Translations under genes and position numbers: made by a program
The notes under the pieces: model-generated
The model's database searches: none
What the model saw: only the letters and a program-made list of their open reading frames with translations
Told to the model about the DNA's origin: nothing
Part shown: piece after piece, positions 49,436 to 57,644 of the stretch
Layout: every line of letters starts with the position of its first letter
Position numbering within the stretch: position 1 is the first letter of the stretch
Virus record (IMG/VR): IMGVR_UViG_3300042904_000405
Location: 8,404 to 72,403 of that record
Direction: 5' to 3' (one strand)
From: a virus
DNA length: 64,000 nucleotides

Positions 49436-50181
49436 GCCGGCGCAAGGTGAACCTGGCCGAGGCGCATTACTTCCCCGACCTGACGCCGATCCCGACGCGG
49501 CTGCATAAGATCTTCGACCTCGAGTTCCACGACGACATCGCGGTCGACGAGAACTGGACCGTGGGCGACTGCATCCAGAAGCTCGGCGTGTGGGAGCCGG
49601 TCGAGACGGCTGTCCTTTCCTCGGCGTTCGCGGGCAACCCGGAGTCCACCTTCGTCGACATCGGCTGCCACATCGGCTGGTACACGGTGATCGCCCGGCA
49701 GTGGGGCCTCGCCGTGGTTGCGATCGATGCCAACGAGCAGAACCTGAAGCTGCTGGAGAAGCGCCACGACCGGCACATCTACAGGTTCCACGAGTGGATC
49801 GACAAGGGTTGGGACCCGGACATCATGTGGCCCGAGCCGTGCATCGTGAAGATGGACATCGAAGGCACCGAGCAGCACGCCGTCAACGCCATGTGGGACC
49901 TGTTCAGCGTCGGCACCGTCACCCACGCCCTGATCGAGTGCAGCCCGGTCTTCAACGACAGCTATCCGAAGCTGCTCGAGCGGCTTATCGGCGTCGGCTA
50001 CGAATGCTGGATCCTTCCGCCGAAGCGCGAGGATCCAGCACCGATGGACGACACCAGGCTGTGGCTGGAGACTGAGTGCCTGCCCCTCCAGGCGCTGGGG
50101 CCGGTCACGCGCTCGGACTGGGTCAAGGACCAGCACCAGTTCAACGCCGTCATCTGCAAGGAGGACTCCAAGTGGGGGTGA
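49432..50181 (+). CDS. FkbM-family methyltransferase
   Basis: GVWEP.ET, FVDIGCHIGWYT, VKMDIEGTE. Confidence 0.8.
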   Translation: MSRRKVNLAEAHYFPDLTPIPTRLHKIFDLEFHDDIAVDENWTVGDCIQKLGVWEPVETAVLSSAFAGNPESTFVDIGCHIGWYTVIARQWGLAVVAIDANEQNLKLLEKRHDRHIYRFHEWIDKGWDPDIMWPEPCIVKMDIEGTEQHAVNAMWDLFSVGTVTHALIECSPVFNDSYPKLLERLIGVGYECWILPPKREDPAPMDDTRLWLETECLPLQALGPVTRSDWVKDQHQFNAVICKEDSKWG

Positions 50182-51857
50182 CGGTGCCCGTCATCTGGCT
50201 CGCCAAGGAGGGCGTGTGCTCGCGCTGCCGTTGGGACGAATGGATCGTGGAGGATCTCCTCAACGGCGCGCAGAAGCGACCGGCGACGCTCATGTCGGCT
50301 GCGCACGGAACAACGTCGAGCATCGGCCGCGCGGGCAGCCTCCACCCCTGGGTGGTGGTCCTCCCCGGCGGCAACCATGTCGACGACGTCGACTGGGTGA
50401 ACAAGCAGCTGAGTGGTATCGCAGAGCTGATCCTCTTCATCACCTCCGACGAGGGTGCTGCCTTCCCGGTGGAGAAGCTCAACCACCCCAACATGAGGCT
50501 GTGGATCCAGACGCCGCGACCCGAGGCGAGCTACCCGGTCGGTACTCAGTTCTTCGGGGTGGGCTCCGCTCGCGCATGGGAGTACGCCATTCCGCAGCCC
50601 AAGGAACACCGCGCGATGCTCGCCGGCCAGCGCACGCACCAGCGGCGCGACGACGCCTTCGCCAACACCGTGCGAGTGCCGAACTCCTTCGTCCGGGAGT
50701 CGAGGGGTTTCCTCACTGGCCTTGATCGTCCCGAGTACCTCGATGCCCTCGCTCGGTCGTGGTGGGCCCCCGCTCCGTCGGGGGCCATCACGCAGGACTC
50801 GTTCAGGTTCTACGAAGCCCTCGAGCTGGGTACGATCCCGATCCCTGATGGCCTGCGCGCCGACGGGGCTGGGCAGGGGTACTGGGACATGGTGGCCCCG
50901 GGCTTCCCGATCGCGCCGATCACCGACTGGCGAAGGTTGCCTTCTCTCTTGGACTCCGCAGAGCAGCTCCTCACTGCAGCCGAGATTGAGCTGATGACTC
51001 ACGGCTGGTGGCACACCCGCCGCAGGGAGATGGCTCGCACGCTCGCCTCGCAGGTGGGGAACGACGCCCCGCACCCGCTGACGGTGATCGTTCCCACGTC
51101 GCCGATCAAGTCGCATCCGAGCACGAAGATCATCGAAGAGACGGTGCGTTCGATCCGGGAGCGAACCGACGCGGAGATCCTCATCACCTGCGACATGCCT
51201 CGCAGCGAGCTGTCCCACTACAAGGAGCGCTACACCGACTACCTGCGCGACCTGATGTTGCTCGCCGAGCACGAGTGGTGGAACGTCACGCCGATCGTGA
51301 TGAACAAGTTCTGCCACCAAGTTGAGATGCTGCGCCGCACGCTGCCGCACATCGACTCCAAGTACCTCATGTACGTTGAGCACGACACGCCGCTCGTCGG
51401 CGACATCGACTTCGACCAGGTGATCGCGGCGATGAAGGCGAGCGACCTGAACGTCATCCGCTTCTACCACGAGGCGGCCGTGCACCCCGAGCACGAGCAC
51501 CTGATGACCGGCGCCGTCCACTCCAACGGCTGGCGCCCGACGATGCAGTGGTCCCAGCGCCCTCACGTGGCGAAGGTGTCGTTCTACGAGAAGTTCATCC
51601 TGCGGCACTTTGAGACCACGGCGCGTTGCATGATCGAGGACGCCATGTTCGGCATCGTCGAAGGCGCCTGGCTCTCCCAGGGCGCTGACGCATGGGAGAG
51701 CTGGCGCATGGGCCTGTGGCATCCCGCAGGGGACAGCATCCAGCGCTCCACTCACCTCGACGGCCGCGGGCCGGATTCGAAGTACGAGGAACAGTTCAAG
51801 TACCGCTACAGGGGTGACCGCCCACCGGGCGCGCCGGCAGGAGCAAACCAGACATGA
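50178..51857 (+). CDS. Two-domain glycosyltransferase (exostosin/GT47-like plus GT-A-like)
   Basis: APSG...DSFRFYEALELGTIPI, followed by LTVIVPTSP...YVEHD. Confidence 0.75.
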   Translation: MTVPVIWLAKEGVCSRCRWDEWIVEDLLNGAQKRPATLMSAAHGTTSSIGRAGSLHPWVVVLPGGNHVDDVDWVNKQLSGIAELILFITSDEGAAFPVEKLNHPNMRLWIQTPRPEASYPVGTQFFGVGSARAWEYAIPQPKEHRAMLAGQRTHQRRDDAFANTVRVPNSFVRESRGFLTGLDRPEYLDALARSWWAPAPSGAITQDSFRFYEALELGTIPIPDGLRADGAGQGYWDMVAPGFPIAPITDWRRLPSLLDSAEQLLTAAEIELMTHGWWHTRRREMARTLASQVGNDAPHPLTVIVPTSPIKSHPSTKIIEETVRSIRERTDAEILITCDMPRSELSHYKERYTDYLRDLMLLAEHEWWNVTPIVMNKFCHQVEMLRRTLPHIDSKYLMYVEHDTPLVGDIDFDQVIAAMKASDLNVIRFYHEAAVHPEHEHLMTGAVHSNGWRPTMQWSQRPHVAKVSFYEKFILRHFETTARCMIEDAMFGIVEGAWLSQGADAWESWRMGLWHPAGDSIQRSTHLDGRGPDSKYEEQFKYRYRGDRPPGAPAGANQT

Positions 51858-52888
51858 GGGCCGGGATCATCATCCGCTCAACGGCGCGCGGCTTGGCCAC
51901 GCAGACCCAGGAGGCGTGGCGGGGCTTCCCGTTTGAGGCCGCCCTGCACATCGTCGACGGCGACCCCGTGTGGCCGGAAGACCTGTGGGAGCCACACCGA
52001 CCGGATGACATCTACCGGGCACACCTCAAGGACGGCGAGCTGCTCCGCTACGAGTACGAGGAGTTCCTCTCCCGGATCGACGTGCTGTTCTCAGTGGAGA
52101 CGCTGTACAGCTGGCATTTCGCCCGCGCCGTGGAGAACGCCAACGTCCGGGCCGTCGTCCAGGGCAACTGCGAGCTGTGGGGCCCGTTCCAGCCCGCCCT
52201 CCCGATGACCCAGTGGGTGTGGCCGACTCCCTGGCGTCTCGACGGCGTGCCGGAAGGGCCGACCATCCCGGTGCCGGTGGCGGACGCCTGTCGCGCCAAG
52301 GCGGCCGACATCGATGCCCCCCTCGTCATCGTCCACCCGGCCGGCCACGCTGCCATCGGTGACCGCAACGGGACCGAGCTGCTCCTGCGGGCGGCGTCGA
52401 TCCTCAAGACGGAAGTGACCCTGCGCATCATCGGACAGGACGGCAGGGGGTCGATCAACAAGGGCTTCCATCTGCGTGTCCCACCCAACGTGAAGGTTGA
52501 GGTCATCGAGACCGGCGTGAAGGATCGCTGGTCGCTCTACGACGGCGCTCACGCCGTCATCCTCCCGCGTCGCTACGGCGGCCTGAGCTTGCCCGCCCAG
52601 GAGGCGTTGCAGGCCGGCGTCATTCCGATCATGACGGACTGCGAGCCGAACCGCTTCTGGCCGATCATCCCGATCCCCGCCGCCAAGGGCAGGGGCCAGC
52701 GGGTGCGCTACGGCCACATTGAGACATGGGTTGCCGATCCCCGGATGATCGCCCGCCGGATCGATGAACTGAACTACGACCGGCAGACATTGGTGACACA
52801 GAGGGAAGCTGCCCGCACGTGGGTCCAGGAGCACACATGGGAGAAGATGGCCCCGATGTACGACGAACTCTTCCTCTCGCAGCTCTGA
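51854..52888 (+). CDS. Glycosyltransferase (GT-B, GT4-like)
   Basis: DRNGT, LY.....ILPRRYGGLSLP..EAL..G.P. Confidence 0.8.
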   Translation: MRAGIIIRSTARGLATQTQEAWRGFPFEAALHIVDGDPVWPEDLWEPHRPDDIYRAHLKDGELLRYEYEEFLSRIDVLFSVETLYSWHFARAVENANVRAVVQGNCELWGPFQPALPMTQWVWPTPWRLDGVPEGPTIPVPVADACRAKAADIDAPLVIVHPAGHAAIGDRNGTELLLRAASILKTEVTLRIIGQDGRGSINKGFHLRVPPNVKVEVIETGVKDRWSLYDGAHAVILPRRYGGLSLPAQEALQAGVIPIMTDCEPNRFWPIIPIPAAKGRGQRVRYGHIETWVADPRMIARRIDELNYDRQTLVTQREAARTWVQEHTWEKMAPMYDELFLSQL

Positions 52889-52898
52889 GCCGTCTCAC

Positions 52899-53852
52899 AT
52901 GCGTATACACGCCCTTGCGACCACCCCCCAGTACCGCCGCCACGTCGAAGCGGTCTGGAAGCATCTCGACCCCTCGCTGAAGGGTGACCTGCTCGTCGGC
53001 CGCACCGCCTCAACGAAGCGCTACCCCACCCAGGACGTCGTCATGGTCGGCGGCTACTACGACGTCGCCAACGCTCCGCACCAGCGGATCATCTACGTGG
53101 AGCACGGAGCCGGCCAGGCGTACGGCGGTGACGAGACCTCCCGTGGGCACCTCTGCTACCACGGGTCCAACCACCCAAAGCGCGTCGTCGGCTACATCTC
53201 GCCGTCCGAGCAGGTCGCCCGCCTCTGGAACCGCCCGGCGTTCGCCGCTGGTGTGCCCGCCCTCGACGACATCCCACGCCGGCCGATCCGCTTCGCCAGG
53301 CACAAGGTCGCGGCGATCACCTTCCACTTTGACGCTCGAGGAGCGTTCGTCGCCCCGGAGGCTCGCTCCGCCAGGGAGCACTACATCGAGATGCTGCACA
53401 GCATGGTCGGCGCCCTGCGCGCCGACGGATGGGAGGTGATCGGTACCTGGCACCCGAAGGACCCCGTCGGGCACAAGATCTGGCGCAACCTGCAGATCGA
53501 GTCGACTGCGGACCCGGCCGAGATCCTGAGCCGCGCTCACCTCGTCATCGCCGACAACACGTCCCTGCTCTACGAGGCGGCCTATCTCGGCATCCCGTCG
53601 ATCGTCCTGAACGCCCCGTGGTATCGCAAGGACGTGGAGCATGGACTGCGCTTCTGGGATCACGTCCCCGGCCACCAGGTCGACAGCCCGGAGGAGTTCA
53701 TCGCCTTCGACTTCACCTACTGGCTCAACGGGATGAAGAGCAACATCTTGGCCTCGTCCGCCGCCCTCTACGCCTACGGCCCCGACCGCCACGGCCACGC
53801 CGGCGCGCAGGCTGCCCGCTGGGTGGAGAAGTTCGTGATGGGCGAGGTCTAG
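52899..53852 (+). CDS. GT-B-fold transferase (glycerophosphotransferase-like)
   Basis: YVEHGAG, G.P.LD, HP, LVIADNTSLLYEAA..G.PSIVL. Confidence 0.65.
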   Translation: MRIHALATTPQYRRHVEAVWKHLDPSLKGDLLVGRTASTKRYPTQDVVMVGGYYDVANAPHQRIIYVEHGAGQAYGGDETSRGHLCYHGSNHPKRVVGYISPSEQVARLWNRPAFAAGVPALDDIPRRPIRFARHKVAAITFHFDARGAFVAPEARSAREHYIEMLHSMVGALRADGWEVIGTWHPKDPVGHKIWRNLQIESTADPAEILSRAHLVIADNTSLLYEAAYLGIPSIVLNAPWYRKDVEHGLRFWDHVPGHQVDSPEEFIAFDFTYWLNGMKSNILASSAALYAYGPDRHGHAGAQAARWVEKFVMGEV

Positions 53853-53861
53853 GGTCTCAAC

Positions 53862-54578
53862 ATGGCCCGCCAGTACGCATGCGAGCAGCTCACGACTGAA
53901 GCACGGGTCGACAGCTACTGCAGCTGCTCGCTCGACGGTCTCGCTGGGACCAACTTCACGATCTCCGACATCATCGACGCCGCCTCGGACTTCGTCTTCC
54001 TGGCGACCGGCGGGCGAGTGCGCGGGCGATGCGAGTCCACGGTGCGTCCGTGCGCCGACCGGTCGTGCATGTGCGGCCACCCGTCCGACGCCTGCGGCTG
54101 CTGTCGCCTCGATGCCATTGCGCTCCCCGGCGACATGGTCGACGTGATCAGCGTCCAGATCGATGGCACGACGCTCGACCCCTCCGAGTACGGCTTCATC
54201 GATGGAGCGGGCCTCGTGCGCGTCGGCGAGCACTCAACGACATGGCCGGGCTGCCAGTACCTCAGCCGCCCCGACGGTCAGGAGGGCACGTTCTCCATCA
54301 CCTACGAGCACGGCCTGCTTCCGTTCGTGGGCGTCATGGCCGCCACCGAGATCGCCTGCGAGCTGCTGACAGCCCTCACTGGCAAGACCTCCCGCCTCGA
54401 CCCCCGAGTGATCACCGCCGTCATGGATGGCGTCACCGTCGAACTCGACCCCACCGTCCTTGGCATGTTCGACTGGACCAGCCGCCTCGCCGCTCAGTAC
54501 CCAGCCCTCGGCCCCCGACCAATCGTGTGGTCCCCGGAAGTCGACGACGGCTGGGCTCTGCACACCACGTCGTTCTGA
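53862..54578 (+). CDS. Head-to-tail adaptor
   Basis: Cys-rich: G.C..TVRPC, V.IDG, WP.CQ, GTFSITY..G, EIACEL. Confidence 0.75.
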   Translation: MARQYACEQLTTEARVDSYCSCSLDGLAGTNFTISDIIDAASDFVFLATGGRVRGRCESTVRPCADRSCMCGHPSDACGCCRLDAIALPGDMVDVISVQIDGTTLDPSEYGFIDGAGLVRVGEHSTTWPGCQYLSRPDGQEGTFSITYEHGLLPFVGVMAATEIACELLTALTGKTSRLDPRVITAVMDGVTVELDPTVLGMFDWTSRLAAQYPALGPRPIVWSPEVDDGWALHTTSF

Positions 54579-54582
54579 GCCG

Positions 54583-54984
54583 TTGAAACGATCCGGCCCG
54601 CCGCAGCGCAAGACCCCACTGGCGCGCACGTCGAAGATCAAGCAGGGGAAGTCACTCTCACGTGAGTGGCCCGAGGCGACACGCCCGGGGTGGCAGCCGC
54701 ATGTAGGCAAGCGCACCCCGTCGGCACGCAAGGGTTCCAAGTCCAAGGTCCCCGAATCGGTCAAGATGGCAGTTGCCGCGCGCTCAGGGGGCAAGTGCGA
54801 GGCGGCTGCCGCGGCGTCCTGCCGGCGCCGCGGCAGCCAGCTCCACCACCGGCTGATGCGGTCCCAGGGTGGCAAGCACACGGTGGAGAATCTCCTCGAC
54901 GTCTGCGCCACCTGCCACGCCCACATCCACGCCCACCCCGAGCAGGCCTACGAGAGGGGATGGCTGCTTCGGCGTCCCGTTTGA
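54583..54984 (+). CDS. HNH endonuclease
   Basis: RSGGKCE...LHHRLMRSQGG....NL..VC..CH..IH..P..AY..GWL. Confidence 0.85.
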   Translation: MKRSGPPQRKTPLARTSKIKQGKSLSREWPEATRPGWQPHVGKRTPSARKGSKSKVPESVKMAVAARSGGKCEAAAAASCRRRGSQLHHRLMRSQGGKHTVENLLDVCATCHAHIHAHPEQAYERGWLLRRPV

Positions 54985-55047
54985 CGAAACCGCTGGTCCC
55001 GCGGAACGCTGTCGGGGTACTCGTGTTCCTCGAAAGGACTCAGCGCT

Positions 55048-55785
55048 ATGGCATCGAACCTCGCTGGTAACGGCGTCTGCATCGGTGCGCACGATGCATG
55101 CCTCATCCGTGCGGCCAAGCTCGACCCGGACTGCTCGCCGAAGGGCGGCGCCGACAGCGGCATCATCACGGCTGGCATCGTCACGATGACCGCCTCGCCG
55201 GACATCGAAGAGGGCCAGCTCTACGAGCCCAAGACGGGCTGCGGCACCGTGGGCTTCACGGTGGAGAAGCCCTCCCGCACGAAGCGCGTGAACCTCACCG
55301 GCGAGCTGCTCTTCCACGACGAGGAGCTGATGGAGGTGCTGTTCGGCGGGAAGCTCATCCTCGGTGGTGCGCTCTCCGACTTCAACACCGACGTCATCGG
55401 CTGGGCCGAGCAGAACATCACCGAGGCCGACCCCTCCCCGATCTACCTCGAGATCATCACCCGCATGTCCGCCCAGGGCGCGGGCGAGTGCTCCGTCGGT
55501 GGCGTCATGCAGCCGTACGCGCAGGGTCACATCTTCGGCAAGGCCCGCCTCACGCTCGGTGACGAGACCTTCGAGAACGACGTGCGCAACCTGACGTTCA
55601 CCGGCGTCTCGGTGGGGAACCCGGCGCTGTTCAACGGCCCCTGGAACGACTGGCCCGGCATCACCGCCGGCTCGCCGTACATCCCGAACAGCCCTCGGGT
55701 CAAGGTGAAGTACTCCCAGGCCGAGTACAACGACATCGCGGCCCTCGCTGGCTGCGGCTACCGCACCCTGCCCGCCGCTTCCTGA
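55048..55785 (+). CDS. Major tail protein
   Basis: GAAAGGA RBS; position; followed by a strong hairpin. Confidence 0.75.
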   Translation: MASNLAGNGVCIGAHDACLIRAAKLDPDCSPKGGADSGIITAGIVTMTASPDIEEGQLYEPKTGCGTVGFTVEKPSRTKRVNLTGELLFHDEELMEVLFGGKLILGGALSDFNTDVIGWAEQNITEADPSPIYLEIITRMSAQGAGECSVGGVMQPYAQGHIFGKARLTLGDETFENDVRNLTFTGVSVGNPALFNGPWNDWPGITAGSPYIPNSPRVKVKYSQAEYNDIAALAGCGYRTLPAAS

Positions 55786-55799
55786 TCGCAAGACGGAGC

Positions 55800-55830
55800 A
55801 CGAAGCCCGGGGTGATCCCCCGGGCTTCGT
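55800..55830 (+). terminator. Hairpin after the major tail gene
   Basis: ACGAAGCCCGGGG-TGATC-CCCCGGGCTTCGT. Confidence 0.75.
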
Positions 55831-55848
55831 CGCGTCTAGGCTCCGCTC

Positions 55849-56388
55849 ATGCCGCTGCCCGACGTCGACTGCACTGACTGCAGCGCCAGTTGCACTTCCC
55901 TCTACGAGGTCGTGGGTTCGGTGGTCGCCGTGGCGTACGAGGCCGTGGCGTCCCAGCTGGATCCAGCGACGTGCGATGAGTTCGTCGGCTTCGTCTCTCA
56001 CGCCGAGCCCAACCATCCGGGCAGCGACTACGTGGCGGGCTGGATCGCCAGCGTCCGCCCCCGTGACCGCAACCAGAGCACGTCCTCCGGCCTCATGTTC
56101 CCCCTCCCGCAGGTGGAGGTCGCCATCAAGCTGAGCGAGTCGGGCTACCCGACGATCGGCGGCGACGGGGCCCCGACGTTCGAAGCGATGACGAAGGCCG
56201 CGATGCACTCGTACTCGCATGCCGAAGCGATGATGCGCAAGATCTTCTCCAGCGTCGGCCGGGGCAGTCAGAACACGATCCTGCGAGATTGCGGCTGGCA
56301 GGGCATGTCCGCCCTCATCCCCTCTCGGCCTTCCGGCGGCATCGTCGCCTGGCAGTTCTCCGTCTCCCTGATAGCGCCCGGCTGGTGA
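55849..56388 (+). CDS. Tail terminator/neck protein (putative)
   Basis: Position in the tail module; PSGG..AW C-terminus. Confidence 0.5.
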   Translation: MPLPDVDCTDCSASCTSLYEVVGSVVAVAYEAVASQLDPATCDEFVGFVSHAEPNHPGSDYVAGWIASVRPRDRNQSTSSGLMFPLPQVEVAIKLSESGYPTIGGDGAPTFEAMTKAAMHSYSHAEAMMRKIFSSVGRGSQNTILRDCGWQGMSALIPSRPSGGIVAWQFSVSLIAPGW

Positions 56389-56885
56389 TTCGCGTCTCCA
56401 CCACCGTGTCCATCGAGGACATGAGCAAGGCCGTGCGGCGCGCCGGCGCCCGCGAGATCGAGCGTCGAGCCAACCGCTACGGCCAGCAGATGGTCGACCA
56501 GGTCGACGCCGTGCTGCAGGCGCGAGGCGTGAACCTCAATCGACCGGCGAACAGGCGGCGATCGGACGGCCCGCGGGTTGGAGGGAGCTGGGACTACAAG
56601 GTGGAGGGCGACCCGGGCTCGTTCCCCATCTTCCTCACCCTGACCTCGAGCGCCGACCCGAAGGTCATTGAGTACCTCGACAAGGGCACGACCGCCCATC
56701 AGATCAGCGCCCGGCGGAGGCGCGGCGGCAAGGGCTACCTCCGCTTCCCCGAGGGCGGCGCAGTGGATGGTCCGCCGTGGGCGTACGCCAAGGAGGTGTC
56801 CCACCCGGGCTCCACCAAGGCGCGTGGCTTCCTCCGCCAGGTGATGTCGAACGTCATCGGTGGCGCGCGAGCCCGTGCGCGGTGA
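56385..56885 (+). CDS. Minor tail/neck protein (HK97 gp10-like)
   Basis: YLDKGT.AH.I, YAKEVSHPG...FL. Confidence 0.6.
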   Translation: MIRVSTTVSIEDMSKAVRRAGAREIERRANRYGQQMVDQVDAVLQARGVNLNRPANRRRSDGPRVGGSWDYKVEGDPGSFPIFLTLTSSADPKVIEYLDKGTTAHQISARRRRGGKGYLRFPEGGAVDGPPWAYAKEVSHPGSTKARGFLRQVMSNVIGGARARAR

Positions 56886-56901
56886 CGTAGCATCTCTCCC
56901 C

Positions 56902-57288
56902 ATGCCCAGGACCCCTGCAGCCATCGACTTCGGCGACGAGTTCGCCGTCGACGACACCCCCGTCGACACCGTCCTCGTGAAGGGCGTGTTCGGGGAGGAC
57001 TTCCACGTCGTGCGTGACGTCAACCTCTGGTCGCTGATGATGGTCGCCGACGAGGATCCGAAGCTGTCGGATCTCGTCCGCCTCACGACCAGCCTGATCC
57101 GCGATGACGAGCAGGTGCGCTTCCGCACCCTCATCGCCCGTCAGCGCAACCTCAACGCCGAGAAGCTGAACGCGCTGATCTCCCGCCTCGTGGAGGTGGC
57201 CAGCGAGGGACACCCTACGAAGTCGTCCAGCGGCTCCTCGCGTACTACGCGAGCCAAGGGCGCGCTGCCAGCCTCCGCGGGAAGCTGA
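56902..57288 (+). CDS. Tail assembly chaperone
   Basis: Upstream of the tape measure gene; ends EGHPTKSSSGSS. Confidence 0.75.
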   Translation: MPRTPAAIDFGDEFAVDDTPVDTVLVKGVFGEDFHVVRDVNLWSLMMVADEDPKLSDLVRLTTSLIRDDEQVRFRTLIARQRNLNAEKLNALISRLVEVASEGHPTKSSSGSSRTTRAKGALPASAGS

Positions 57289-57629
57289 TCGGGCGGCTCG
57301 GCCGCGACGGGTACCAGCGTCTCCACTTCGGGGACTGGTGCGACTTCGCATGGTCCGAGATCGTCGACAGCGCTCCGATGATGGCGAACCCGTCGGAGTA
57401 TCAGACGATGATGTACGAGTTCTTCTTCAACGGCATCCTGCCCCGATCGAGCAGGGACGAGGACGGCAACGTCGTCACCAAGGCGCCGACACCGAAGAAG
57501 GCGATGGACGAGTTCGAAGCGATGCTCGCCATGCAGCAGGACCCCGAACGGCAGGCGCAGCGCAAGGCGGCGCTGCAGGCGAAGCTCGAGGCAGATACCG
57601 CTGAGCGCGAAGCCGCTGGACAGGCATAG
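57207..57629 (+). CDS. Tail assembly chaperone extension (likely reached by -1 frameshift)
   Basis: The -1 frame is open and coding-like from about 57207 (TPYEVVQRLLAYY...) well before its first ATG at 57378. Confidence 0.6.
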   Translation, partial: GTPYEVVQRLLAYYASQGRAASLRGKLIGRLGRDGYQRLHFGDWCDFAWSEIVDSAPMMANPSEYQTMMYEFFFNGILPRSSRDEDGNVVTKAPTPKKAMDEFEAMLAMQQDPERQAQRKAALQAKLEADTAEREAAGQA

Positions 57630-57644
57630 TAGCGTTCCCGCCCA

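Noticed and set aside
41529-54233. Long minus-strand ORFs (e.g. 41529-42995, 46522-48237, 49998-51755)
   Set aside because: These are antisense shadows of well-supported plus-strand genes, expected in high-GC DNA.
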